A stretch of 63,750 nt of DNA, filler included, from Asterionella formosa (lineage: Eukaryota), in assembly GCA_002256025.1 (NCBI GenBank). It is 10 parts of 10 records of this genome, joined end to end, with 100 filler letters (N's around TTAATTAATTAA, not from the genome) between each part and the next. Parts side by side here need not be neighbours in the genome. Positions count along the whole stretch, not along the records: positions 1 to 18,299 come from NKIB01004089.1; 9 more parts are not named here. One strand, 5' to 3'. Positions 1 to 10,680 of this stretch are shown here, one piece after another (position 1 is the first letter of the stretch; every line of letters starts with the position of its first letter). The position numbers and the translations under genes are program-made. The notes below the pieces were generated by a model, which worked only from the letters and a program-made list of their open reading frames with translations, was not told where the DNA came from and did not search any database.

Positions 1-393
1 GAGTTCTACACAACCTTGGATCCTTCTACAATCTGTAAAATTCTGGAAATTTCTAGTTTTCATTACCTTCCATTTAAGACTCAATCTCTTATATATATCA
101 CTACATCATCAAGTGATATACTGACTCCTGGTACCCAGCATTATATCAAACAATTGTGATGACATGAATTCTAGGATGGGCGGGTTTGTACGTATTCCTT
201 TTGTTAGCACTGAGCTCTTTTACTCGTGCTCAAGCAGTTCTTCGTCGAAGTCCCTCCTTTTTGCTTTTATCATATATTTTTACCCGTACTACCTCGTCGC
301 GCATTATCGAATCATCTTTGTATTGCCTTGGACTTGGCTTGCTTCATTATATTCTGACTTAACCTCTCTTATTCTCTCGCTCTCCGACCCACA

Positions 394-1112
394 ATGGCAG
401 GTGTCGGTGTTGTAATTGGATTTGTTTCCCTCGCCTTCGTTCTTTCGTTTGTTGGTGCCTACTTTTTTAGCTCATTCATTGATTGCCTCACTAGACCCAG
501 TGAGGAGCGCCACAGAGTGCACTTTGAGTCATTACAAAAAATGAAAGAGGATGTCAAGAAACGGGTTTTGGATGCGCTATTTCCTGCCAAGGTAAGAATT
601 TTATTACCGAATGCTGGATTATACATGTCAACGCAACAATTGTTTCACGCTTACATTGCGTAGAAATATGAAATGGGCGAGGTTGATGCTGCAACAGAAG
701 GAAGCGAGGCAAAGCCTGTAGAAATGGAGCCATGCGCCATTTGTATTGAGCCTTTTAGTAAGTTCAAATTTCAAGGTTTCGCTTGACTTCAAGTGTGAAT
801 GTCCTGCCCAGTTTTCTCACAATTAAATGTTCGATCATCTGGGGGACACCAACAGAAGCAGGCGACATTGTTAGTGAGGGGCGTGGCTGTGCTCATCAAT
901 ACCATAGAGCGTGCATCCTCGAATGGGCGACCAAGCAAAATGATTGTCCCGTTTGCAGAAAAGCATTGTGGAACGACGATGACTACAAGAACGCTAAGAA
1001 TAACTTATTTCCGAGTTCTCTGCAGCCTGGTGGCGAAACAACCCAAATACCAACACAAGCTGAAATAGAGTTGCAAAATGTTACTCAAGCTGATACCGAG
1101 CATGCTGTGTGA
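394..1112 (+). CDS. RING-H2 E3 ubiquitin ligase with N-terminal transmembrane helix (ATL/RNF-like), 3 exons: 394-591, 664-757, 856-1112
   Basis: GT-AG introns at 592-663 (gtaaga...tag) and 758-855 (gtaagt...cag) join three pieces in frame. The product has a hydrophobic N-terminus (GVGVVIGFVSLAFVLSFVGAYFF) and CAIC...CAHQYHRACILEW...CPVCR, a complete RING-H2 ligand set. Confidence 0.88.
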
Positions 1113-1540
1113 AATTAACGAGTCTGTACCCTGTAAAGTTTTGTGCTGCATTGTGCTTCACGCGAACATTTTTGAGAAATGTGAAGGAAATTAACGTGGT
1201 ATCCATTTCTGATTACAGTGGGATCAAGTTTAAAAGTTCCTTTCTTGTTTCCAGTTAATCCTTAAATTTTGATTAATACTTCATGGAGATTACATGGTTG
1301 AATGGAATTATCAAATAGATTCAATACAACCACAAGCATCATGAGGAGTGAGTGATGCACTATTCCTGGTGATGTGTGTGCCACAGGTTCCCTTTTGGGA
1401 ATCATGTCATCACCATGACAAAAGAGCAAAGATAAATACCGTAAATCCCATGTTCCTGTTCTTGCTCCTGTTTCCTCTTTGTACATCTGGTACTATGCAC
1501 CCAAATATCTTACATGTGCAGAAAGAAAACATATTATTAA

Positions 1541-1698
1541 GGGTTGTCATGCTAAAATCGGCAATTTTATTGCCGAAAAATTCGATATGCCCCATATTGC
1601 CCTTAAATAAAAATTACTTAAGAAATTACTTAAAGCCTAAAAATTACTTTGAAATACCTGAATGGCAAGACGATAGCTGGAGCGGGAATTGCTAGAAA
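1541..1698 (+). mobile_element. Dispersed repeat A, copy 1 (probable DNA-transposon terminus with AATTACTT subterminal repeats)
   Basis: Clearly alignable to the reverse complement of 33661-33820. Starts TAA|GGGTTGTCATGCTA and contains three aattactt units. Confidence 0.7.
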
Positions 1699-1853
1699 TT
1701 TAAGTCCATGCGCCACCATGAACATCACCATGACTTGAATTCCTTGCTTTTTTTCTCTTTTATTGGCTGATTTTCTTCAATGGTGGCTACCTAATGTAGT
1801 TTCAGGATGCACCCAGTCATAGCTATGAGGATCTGCAGTCATATGCTAACCAT

Positions 1854-1920
1854 GGGGGAATGACATAGTGGCTAAGCACATTGTCTTCATAAATGAAGTT
1901 GTGGGTTTGATTCCTGTTTC
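1854..1920 (+). other. Degenerate tRNA-like sequence (tRNA pseudogene or SINE head)
   Basis: A-box-like TGACATAGTGG and B-box-like GGTTTGATTCC at tRNA spacing, with CAT in an anticodon-loop-like segment (tcttcataaatgaag). The acceptor stem does not pair well. Confidence 0.45.
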
Positions 1921-2299
1921 TTTTTTGGGAAGCAATTGTTGGGTTCAATTCCCACACTCCTTACCATCCCACATGGTCTTGCATGGTGTGCAAGAAAAAG
2001 TGGGTTGCCCCCCTACAAGCAGTGTGTACTGTCTCCCATGAACAAACCATAGATTGCGGGGCGCCGCATACCCACAATTGCAATATTATATAAGGTATTT
2101 GTTCACCTGCAGTAGCAAATCCATAGTTTTTCTTGTTGGCTCACATGAAACTCTTGAAATCTCGCGCCCATGATAAAAACGCATTCTGTACCGTGACAAG
2201 AAAAAAATAATTTGATACATTTGTAGCATTATAGCTAAGAACAACATTATCGGCCTGGCAAGGCAACAATCACCTTCCTCATCTTGCAATAGCTACCCC

Positions 2300-4348
2300 A
2301 TGACGGAATCAACAAGAATAAAACCTTGCTTTTCCACTCTTCACGAAGAGTGGCTGCTTAAGTATGGACAAGTCCTCGAACGTGCAGGACATGATGCTAG
2401 TCTGCTGGGTGAGATGGTAGCTTCTCGAATTGGGCTGTCAGGGGCACTCCAATGCGGTGAAATGAACGCGCAAGACAAGGACGTGGAAGCGGTTCAAGCA
2501 TTGTTGGAGAAAACTCTTTTGCGCATAGATCAGGATGCTGGTACTTTCGACATTTCTTCAATGGAAGCCACGATCAAGATGGAACAAGTAAACGTTTCAC
2601 AATCTGATGAAGAAGCGGATGCAATTGATGCTGATGGATTTTTTGAAATGTATCCTGAATGCGTTCGAGCGGAATGGGATGAAGAGGGATCTGAAAGTGA
2701 CGACGACGACGAGAAAATAATTGAGGAGCATCGAGCACGAGCAGACAAGAAGCAGCAAGCACTTGTTCCAGGACCGCCTTCTTCACAAAACTTCCTTCCA
2801 GATAATAATTCTGAATTAGCCAATGCGTCCGCTGGCCCAAATCACAATTCGACAGTCAATTCTATTGAACAGCGAAATCCTTATCAAAAAGCACCAATGC
2901 CTTCACTGCCTCGAACCAAAAATCCATACCATGCCGCCCTTCCAATAGCTCCAGCTTGCGTGAATGTTTCCGCTAAATACAACAATGAATTCTCCGGTCA
3001 GATGAAAAGCACTTCTTGGAACGAGCATCGAAATCAGCACAATCTATTTCAGACTGCCAGGGAATATGACGATGCTGGTGGCGGTGAGCACGATGAAAAT
3101 TATCAGCGACAACAAAATCAACAAAAGCAATGTGGACAGAACCGTTCACGCTTCGATCGACATCAGGATCATTCAAGTCAGGACCAACGTCTGCCTCCCC
3201 GACAACCACAAAAGCAGCTTGAACCAGAGCAGGCTCGACCTGCCAACATCCCAGACTCTCTGAAACGAAAGTTTCAACTTCCTACCAAGCGAGGTGCCAT
3301 CGACTGCAAAAATGATAGTAACAAGAAACAAGGGGCTGGTGGCATTGTTGGTATGCGACCGACGTCGTCAGGTTCCAATTCTGGAGGCGAGGAACTGCCA
3401 GAAGAGCTCAAAGGACTTGATAAGGAGTTGATTGAAAAGATTCAAAATGAGATTATGGAATCTGGTGAGACGATTACATTTGATGATATTGCAGGATTGG
3501 AAGATGCAAAACAAACAGTTCAGGAACTCGTGTGTTGGCCTATGAAGCGACCTGATCTCTTTACTGGCCTTCGCCGCGGTCCTAATGGTCTCTTGTTGTT
3601 TGGTCCACCTGGAACTGGTAAGACTCTGATTGGAAAGGCGATTGCGTATGAGAGCGGGGCAACATTCTTTTCTATTTCAAGTTCATCCCTGACGTCCAAA
3701 TGGATTGGCGAGGGCGAAAAGCTGGTTCGAACTCTCTTTGCTGTTGCTGCCTACCGTGAGCCCGCCGTGGTATTCATCGATGAAATTGATTCCTTGTTAA
3801 CGCAGCGAAAAGCAGATGAAAATGAAGCTAGTCGCCGAATTAAGACTGAGTTTCTCGTTCAACTTGATGGAACTGGAACCAGTGGGCGGGGACGAGTGCT
3901 TGTGATCGGTGCAACTAATCGCCCTCATGAACTAGATGATGCCGCTCGACGGCGGTTTGTGAAGCGCTTGTATATTCCGTTGCCGGCAAGATCAGATCGA
4001 GAAATCCTGCTTCGGTCCCTATTGATCAAGAACAATAATATTTTATCGGACGAGGACTTCACAAACCTTTCAAATGAATCTGATGGTTTCAGTGGTGCAG
4101 ATCTGAAAGCACTTTGCGTTGATGCCGCTATGGGACCTTTGCGTGAACTGGGGGCAAAGGCCCTGGAAATTGAGCCAAATGATATCCCACCAATTGCGTA
4201 CAAGCATTTTCGACGAGCACTTCGAGGAACCAAGGCTAGCGTGGCTCCAGCTGAACTTGCCATATACATTGAATGGAATTCAACTTATGGAAGCAGGAGG
4301 ACGAACGTTGATGATGACAGCGAAGACGACGGTGGTTCTACAAATTAG
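2300..4348 (+). CDS. FIGNL1: Fidgetin-like 1 AAA ATPase (spastin/katanin/fidgetin clade)
   Basis: ITFDDIAGLEDAK, Walker A GPPGTGKT, SSLTSKWIGEGEKLVR, Walker B FIDEIDS, SRRIKTEFL, GATNRPHELDDAARRRFVKRLYIPLP. Also has the fidgetin-like FQTAR motif and a Vps4-C-like end (YIEWNSTYG). Single exon. Confidence 0.88.
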   Translation: MTESTRIKPCFSTLHEEWLLKYGQVLERAGHDASLLGEMVASRIGLSGALQCGEMNAQDKDVEAVQALLEKTLLRIDQDAGTFDISSMEATIKMEQVNVSQSDEEADAIDADGFFEMYPECVRAEWDEEGSESDDDDEKIIEEHRARADKKQQALVPGPPSSQNFLPDNNSELANASAGPNHNSTVNSIEQRNPYQKAPMPSLPRTKNPYHAALPIAPACVNVSAKYNNEFSGQMKSTSWNEHRNQHNLFQTAREYDDAGGGEHDENYQRQQNQQKQCGQNRSRFDRHQDHSSQDQRLPPRQPQKQLEPEQARPANIPDSLKRKFQLPTKRGAIDCKNDSNKKQGAGGIVGMRPTSSGSNSGGEELPEELKGLDKELIEKIQNEIMESGETITFDDIAGLEDAKQTVQELVCWPMKRPDLFTGLRRGPNGLLLFGPPGTGKTLIGKAIAYESGATFFSISSSSLTSKWIGEGEKLVRTLFAVAAYREPAVVFIDEIDSLLTQRKADENEASRRIKTEFLVQLDGTGTSGRGRVLVIGATNRPHELDDAARRRFVKRLYIPLPARSDREILLRSLLIKNNNILSDEDFTNLSNESDGFSGADLKALCVDAAMGPLRELGAKALEIEPNDIPPIAYKHFRRALRGTKASVAPAELAIYIEWNSTYGSRRTNVDDDSEDDGGSTN

Positions 4349-4422
4349 GAATACTCATTACTTCACAAGAAAACAATATAGAATATAGACAAGATGATCT
4401 CAATATGATAATAATTCTAAGC

Positions 4423-7400
4423 TTAAGTATCGCTAGGCAAAAGAAAAACAAAGACTCTTGCTCCTACCGTGCAAACGTCTTCGTTGAACAAAGGGAAACT
4501 TCCCATTTCGGAGGTGATTCGCTTTCCATTTACAGTGACAACGTCTTTACTGGAATTCCCGGCACGAAACTGAAAATCGCTGACTTGTGAAGGTAGGTGT
4601 TCGATTATTGCTGCATTTTCCGTGCAAGTCCCCTCCATACCTCCAAGATGACAATCAATTTTCCCCACAGGGCCGCCAAGAGGAAGGGGGCCAAAGCCTA
4701 TCTCCCTACAGGTCTTTTCTAGGGTATTTCCAGCCCTTCCAATAATACAATGCGTGCTTTGTAATACAGTTCGGAAACGTTCGTTGTATCCGTTCTTTTC
4801 GTACTCGGCAGCGAGAGAAGCTACAGCAAATAGTTCATGAACTTGGGATTCAAAATCACACATAGATGCAAATGTTTCTGGGTTCCAACCAAAAAGAATC
4901 GGGGACAAGCCAAGCAGCATTGCTCCGCCACATGGTGGCTCACTATGGTGAGTGCCGACAGGGATACACGCTTCTATCGCCATGTCAACTTCTAAGGGTA
5001 TACCGAGAAAGGATACGCAGTACCCGTTTGATTTGACAGCAGCGAGGCGTTCAGCAACCATGTGAGCCAACTCTTCGTCAGTCTTTGTGGCAAAAGCTGG
5101 CTTCGGTCCAAGTACAGGGGCCCTTGAAACACTCTTTGCGAGAGTTACCAAGTCCGGCCTAGTATGCGTTTTCGCTTTCTTCTCACCAGGACTGTTGTCG
5201 ATAGCGACGCGCTTGACCCCAGCTTCAACAGTAGGTTTCTTTTTGCGCCCTCCCGTTCCTATTTTCTTCGCTGCTGCCTTCTTCTTTTCAGCTTTGGGAG
5301 CCACTGGAAAGATCTCACCAGCCCCAATTGCATCTTTCTCTTGCTCATATGCGGCAGCTGCTTCCTCGCCCTCCTGCTGAGCCTTCTTTGTGGCTTCTTC
5401 TCCATAAAGTATTAAATGAGCCCATGCGTATACAGCAGCAGCGTCCCATTCTGAATCAAATGTACCTAAGTAATGATTGCACCCGTTGAATGAAATTTGA
5501 CTTTGCCACCGATCGTGGCCTTTCCGCGCTTGACGACAAACTCCACGATACGCGTATACATGCCGCTTTGAATTTCCTCCGGTTCGCGACGTTTGACGGG
5601 GGTCGCGAAGAAGCGGTTTGACGTGCTTCGGAAGATCTTTAATGTTGATGATAGACAAGGCGGGCACCACGCTACTAGATCCACCACCCAACATCTCCAC
5701 CCCTCGTTCAGCTGCTAATGCAGCAGTGCTGTTTTCCTCATAGGGAATCCTTGTTCCATTGGCCATGAAGTTTAATTGAACCTCATTGTCGTCAGCGCTA
5801 GCATTGATTACATCATCATGCATACGGGCTGCCAATTCGACAGAATCAAGGAGGACCACGTCTTCGCTATTGCCATCTGTAAGTGATTTCCCTCTGATCT
5901 TGACAAAGTGTTTCCCAGCTGGATTAACCCAAACCCCTCGGTACCCTGGAACTCGAAACGACCCATCTGGGTCCTTATCCTTTGCAGACGCAGACACTTT
6001 GCCGCCTTTTGTTTTCTTGCCAACGACTCCAACAGGACCGTGTTGTTTTGCTTTTGATACTTTTCCTTCGCCTTCAGGTGGACTTCCATCATCCACAGAA
6101 CCAATAGGTTGTCCACAGGATCGTTCGTGATGAGTTCGAGCTTGGGAAGTACCGCAGTCGCTTCCACATGTGCGGCAAAGCCAGGTCCCTGGTGGAGAAT
6201 GTTGAGCTGCTTGATGTTGTCGAAGTCCTTGCTCCGAACCGAAACTGCGACAGCAACGAACTGCAAAACGATATGCAAGTGTACCAGTTACGGCACCACC
6301 AACACCAGACGACGTCGTCGACGAAGCAGTTAATACTTCCTCGCAAATATGCCCGTGAGTAGTTGACTGTTTCATGGAATCGATGATGCTTTTGAAGGAA
6401 GAAACGCCCAATTCATAACGCAACCATGAGAATTCTGAAGTTCCAAGCCACGACAGAGCCAATCGACGTGATTGCGAAATCTTGCCGTCCCCAACAAATA
6501 TCTCGTCCGGAATGATCATTGGAACTGGAGCATCATCTTCAAAGCTATTCTCTTGTGGAAGCTCGCCGCACATGGCCATAATAGCCAACTCTAGCATATC
6601 ATCTTGATTCTCTTCGGGGCAATGAACAACAACGCAACGAGCCAAGAGCTTGCGCAAGTATTCCACACTAGCAATATCCTGTGTAAGTTTACTCCGATCC
6701 CATTCATCTTTGATCACGTCTACAAAGTTGGGCATCAAGAAGCGCAAGAGACCAGGCTCAGGAATGAGGTTCCGTGGGTCTTTTTGTTTGGGCCACATTT
6801 GACATGTGGTTAAAATACGACGTCGGACAGTCAAACCGATACAAGCAGTTTTGATATCATTGTCTTCGCGTGTTACATCCCATTCGGCTTGATACGATGT
6901 CCCAGCAATTCCAATGTGCTGATCGTTGCAACTAAAAATACCTTCCTCCCAGAGTTGACCCAATAAACTATTTGGATCAGATTGTGCCGCTGCAAGCAGA
7001 GCGTAACCGTCATCAAGCAGGGCCACTTGCCACGGTTGTTGGCAAAAGTGCAGGTAGTCTTCCAAGAACGACGAATAAGAAGTCACCAAGACATGAAAAG
7101 ACGACGTCTTCAATCCATGCGCCTTGCTCCAGTGCTTACGAAGGAATCGACGCAGGGCTTTCGAACCAATGTAAGATAAGACTCGAAGTTTGGACGACTC
7201 TGGCTGCGGCCCCAAAGAAACTTGCGACCCGACCCCATCCATTTCTTGGGCAAATAATTTAACATTGGGAGTTGTAGTGACAATTAAATGAGGTCCATAC
7301 TGACCACTGGTATCGGCCATGGACTGAAGAAAATCTGCAATTCGTCCATGTCGTGACTTCCATTCCGCGTCATAAAAGACTGTATGTCCTGATTCCAACA

Positions 7401-8313
7401 CTTGTTGCATCCGGGGTCGACAAGTGGACTTCCAGGTTGATGTTAAACTGGAGGGATTTGGGTTGAAAGGAAATGGTGGAAGTGGATCTTCATCCATGGC
7501 ATCTTGAAAGGATTCATTGTCCTTCCATTGAAATGGATTCTCCAACTCAATTACACTGGACGGGGACTGACTTGCTGCATTGTCTTTTCGATAGTCCTGT
7601 CGTTGTTGTGATCGCCTGGCGGCGTTTTTTGCCAAGGCCGCCGCTCGATTTCCAAGTGTTAGGGCTTGCAAGACGACGGCCCCCATATTAACGACGGCCG
7701 GTTTGTCGTGCGTTGATGTGTTTTGCGGGACATTGACGTGGTCCAAGTCCGGCCCTGGTGTCAGTTCATTGAAGGCGATCGAGGCAGCACTGCAAAGGAC
7801 AGCTCGTGAAATAAGGGCACGGGAATCTGAGTTTCCTCCAGCAATAATTGTGGCTCCTTTGTTGCTGGGTGGTCCCCGTTTAGATTCCGTGGGAGTATGT
7901 TCGGAAGGACTTAAATTTGTGGTGCTTGAAACCTGTTCTGCTTTCAACTTGTTCTCTTTGTTTTCTCTGGCTCGTTCGAGCGACATGGTTCGCAATGCTT
8001 CTAAACACTTCCAGTCTTGCAGCACGGGCAAAGTGCAATCATCGACCTTTCTTACTTCTATAGCGTCGTCATCCTCATTGAGTGTGTTGCTGGACGACGT
8101 AGCTTGAACTATGCACATGGCACCGGCGTTGAACGCTAATCTGATGACGGAAGCCTTGTCACGACGAATGCGAGCTAGGCACGTTTCGATATCAAAATGA
8201 GATGACACTGCCATGGTGGATGAACTCCCTGGTGTGAGCTCCGTAAGGGCATCTCTAGTTCTCCAATAGGTCGGACCCGATGCCGGTTTTGATCTTGACA
8301 AAGTGACTTCCAT
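4423..8313 (-). CDS. Large AP2-domain DNA-binding protein with a degenerate SNF2-N-like region, two C2H2-like zinc fingers and an FHA-like C-terminus
   Basis: Uninterrupted ORF of about 1296 aa from the first ATG at 8313. Canonical AP2 (YRGVCRQARKGHDRWQSQISFNGCNHYLGTFDSEWDAAAVY) and a second degenerate AP2 (YRGVWVNPAGKH...LAARMHD). Zn fingers CCRSF...HQAAQH and CRTC...HERSC. SNF2-like GPHLIV...FHVLVTSY...WQVALLDDG. Confidence 0.85.
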   Translation of the reverse strand: MEVTLSRSKPASGPTYWRTRDALTELTPGSSSTMAVSSHFDIETCLARIRRDKASVIRLAFNAGAMCIVQATSSSNTLNEDDDAIEVRKVDDCTLPVLQDWKCLEALRTMSLERARENKENKLKAEQVSSTTNLSPSEHTPTESKRGPPSNKGATIIAGGNSDSRALISRAVLCSAASIAFNELTPGPDLDHVNVPQNTSTHDKPAVVNMGAVVLQALTLGNRAAALAKNAARRSQQRQDYRKDNAASQSPSSVIELENPFQWKDNESFQDAMDEDPLPPFPFNPNPSSLTSTWKSTCRPRMQQVLESGHTVFYDAEWKSRHGRIADFLQSMADTSGQYGPHLIVTTTPNVKLFAQEMDGVGSQVSLGPQPESSKLRVLSYIGSKALRRFLRKHWSKAHGLKTSSFHVLVTSYSSFLEDYLHFCQQPWQVALLDDGYALLAAAQSDPNSLLGQLWEEGIFSCNDQHIGIAGTSYQAEWDVTREDNDIKTACIGLTVRRRILTTCQMWPKQKDPRNLIPEPGLLRFLMPNFVDVIKDEWDRSKLTQDIASVEYLRKLLARCVVVHCPEENQDDMLELAIMAMCGELPQENSFEDDAPVPMIIPDEIFVGDGKISQSRRLALSWLGTSEFSWLRYELGVSSFKSIIDSMKQSTTHGHICEEVLTASSTTSSGVGGAVTGTLAYRFAVRCCRSFGSEQGLRQHQAAQHSPPGTWLCRTCGSDCGTSQARTHHERSCGQPIGSVDDGSPPEGEGKVSKAKQHGPVGVVGKKTKGGKVSASAKDKDPDGSFRVPGYRGVWVNPAGKHFVKIRGKSLTDGNSEDVVLLDSVELAARMHDDVINASADDNEVQLNFMANGTRIPYEENSTAALAAERGVEMLGGGSSSVVPALSIINIKDLPKHVKPLLRDPRQTSRTGGNSKRHVYAYRGVCRQARKGHDRWQSQISFNGCNHYLGTFDSEWDAAAVYAWAHLILYGEEATKKAQQEGEEAAAAYEQEKDAIGAGEIFPVAPKAEKKKAAAKKIGTGGRKKKPTVEAGVKRVAIDNSPGEKKAKTHTRPDLVTLAKSVSRAPVLGPKPAFATKTDEELAHMVAERLAAVKSNGYCVSFLGIPLEVDMAIEACIPVGTHHSEPPCGGAMLLGLSPILFGWNPETFASMCDFESQVHELFAVASLAAEYEKNGYNERFRTVLQSTHCIIGRAGNTLEKTCREIGFGPLPLGGPVGKIDCHLGGMEGTCTENAAIIEHLPSQVSDFQFRAGNSSKDVVTVNGKRITSEMGSFPLFNEDVCTVGARVFVFLLPSDT

Positions 8314-8660
8314 GATGATTCTTGAATGATTTACACGCAATTTTTATTTATCTTGCTTTATGTACGAGAGAGATTGACCGTAGCCTTCTTGTGTGCTCGG
8401 TTGGGTAAAGAACGCGATTACTGATCGAAGAATGGCATTATCACCAGTGAATGATTCGTCTGTACGATAAAAATGTACTCGTAAACTGGTAGTAGGACTA
8501 TATTTCTGATCCGTCATGGTGCTTTCGTGTTCCTCCTTATGCATTGTTGCCACTTGTTCTCTGTTGCCACTATACTCCTCCTTGGTTTCTTCTGTACGAT
8601 AGCTAGTAGCTACCGGTATTCGCATCCAAAAAGTTGCTGTATCATGCTGATTTGCATCGT

Positions 8661-8760
8661 AGGTACCTGGTACCAGGTACCAGTTACCGTTACATATGGA
8701 GGTGCGTATCATGATATCCACATTTTCCATGAAGTATCGAGTCTACCTACCAGGTACTGT
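8661..8760. promoter_or_regulatory. GGTACC/CCAGGTACC palindrome cluster upstream of the AP2 gene
   Basis: aggtacctggtaccaggtaccag lies about 350 bp 5' of the ATG at 8313. The same motif family recurs upstream of most genes in the window. Confidence 0.4.
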
Positions 8761-10148
8761 AATACTAGAACGGTTGCTGGGACGTGGGTATGTAGGCTAG
8801 GTAATACCGGCAGTAGGTAAAAAAGCTGTTGCTAGGAGTCATTAGTAAAGGAAATTCAAATTGGTAAATGAAAGTGGACACACGATATGAACAACCACAG
8901 TGCAAATCACGACGAACCAATCATTGCTGGACTAAAGAAAAATATGTTAACCAAAGGTTTAATTCAACTAATGCACACTATAAATTAATTTCATACCCTG
9001 TTGGTTTTCCTGCTGGTACCTGGTAGCAGTTGGCTGTCTGCAATAAATCCACATGAAGGTTCAACATCCATTTTGCTGAATTGCTGAAGGCAATACACGC
9101 CTAAAGTGGTCTCAGCCCTGCAAGTGAACATGTATACAAGGAGGCATGCAGGAGCCACCAAGAAGGGTATTTTTGAGGCAAGCAATTTGTAAGCTACAAG
9201 CTATTGCTGCACCATTAGTAGGTAGCTGATCATCTGTGATCATATGCATACCATTACTAGAATGAACTTTGCTTGCATTGAATGGACAGAGTGCGCAGCA
9301 TTTCCTTTGATGATCATTGCGGACACAATGATTGCAGAAATTCGTACCTTTCCTTGCTTGTTGTTTCCTGATGATCCCTTCTTCTTAACACAACAACACA
9401 ATGCAAACCAGAATCATAGCTAAATTTCACCTGATTTGTTGTCTTGCCTTTCTTGTTTGACTGTTTCACATCGTGCTGCATGTATTTTTCGTTTCGTTTC
9501 CTCTTTCGTTTGAATTGCGCTTTGTATAGACTCCATCAGCACTTTGTCGCTTTCCCTTTTGCTTCCAGAAGGATTCTTGCAGTGCTGACATCTGCATTCT
9601 ACATTGTTCGTATACATCCCTTGATTATTGTGCTGCTCCTTCTGTGTGTTACCCAGCAACCGAAGCCAACTCTTCATTGTTATCCCATCAGCCCTGACAT
9701 TTAGGGTAACCAAAGTCGCAGCATTTGCAGAAGATGTGTGAATTACATTCCTCCAATTCCGACTCTACAATTAACCTGTCTTGACATGTTGTACATGTAT
9801 CATGGATGTCATTGAATTCGAAGATGCCATTGTTTTCCAAATGTTGTGTATTCTCACTCATGGTGGATTGTTGCGTGTTCGGTTGCTAGTCATCAACAAA
9901 TATTTTCCATGCCATTGGTGGGTCGTCATATGACACATATGTGTTGATCATAGTAGTATAAGGTATATATACATCAGGTGATATCATAGACTGTATCTAT
10001 ATATATATTTAGCTAATTCGGAAGGAATATGTGTAAATAGACACAAATTTCCACTGATATAAATATTTCAAATAGAATCATTTCATTTCAAATTGTTCCA
10101 TAGAAATTCGTAGTTCCGAGAAATTTCGGAACCCTGAGCAGCAATATT

Positions 10149-10226
10149 ATAAATTTTGCCTAGGGTTTCAAATTCAGGAACCTTAAAATATAAATTTTGC
10201 CTAGGGTTTCAAATTCAGGAACCTTA
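10149..10226. repeat. Tandem duplication of a ~37-bp unit
   Basis: ataaattttgcctagggtttcaaattcaggaacctta occurs twice, separated by 4 bp. Confidence 0.85.
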
Positions 10227-10227
10227 C

Positions 10228-10680
10228 TAAGGAAACCATTGTATACACTCTACAGATAGGATTAAAATATATCCAGTATTCACCTTGTTTTTGTTTGTCT
10301 CCTGAAAAGTGCTGTGGCAATTCACCTCTCACCATGCCAATCATGATCCATCATGCCCAGTCGTCTGAAGCGAAATGAATTCATTGATGATGCCTGTAGC
10401 GATTCGTCTTCAAACAGATGTGGTTAGATGGTGAATTGCTTGGCTTCTCGTCGTGGGATTCATGTATTCTTATCGTACATATTTCTTCGGACAAATGATG
10501 ATTCCAATGTATCTGATGTTGGCGGCAAGTTTTTGCACCAGGCATTTTTGAGCTTAATGGATATTCTAGCTAAGTAGCCTACTTTTGTGCATGGTACTGA
10601 TACAACCATGCGTGGTTTAAGCTAAAATTTAACACGTACTTTGAACACACTATAATATTTATACTGTAGACTCAGTATTA
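10228..10680 (+). mobile_element. Dispersed repeat B, copy 1 (non-autonomous DNA-transposon end, PIF/Harbinger-like TAA|GG boundary)
   Basis: About 450 bp alignable to the reverse complement of 34845-35296. Similarity begins at TAAGGAAACCATT in both copies. Confidence 0.7.

Noticed and set aside
2530..8107. Many 60-160 aa ORFs antisense to or overlapping FIGNL1 and the AP2 gene (likewise within 30098-32812 and 46728-52488)
   Set aside because: They are shadow frames of long real genes and show no motifs of their own.
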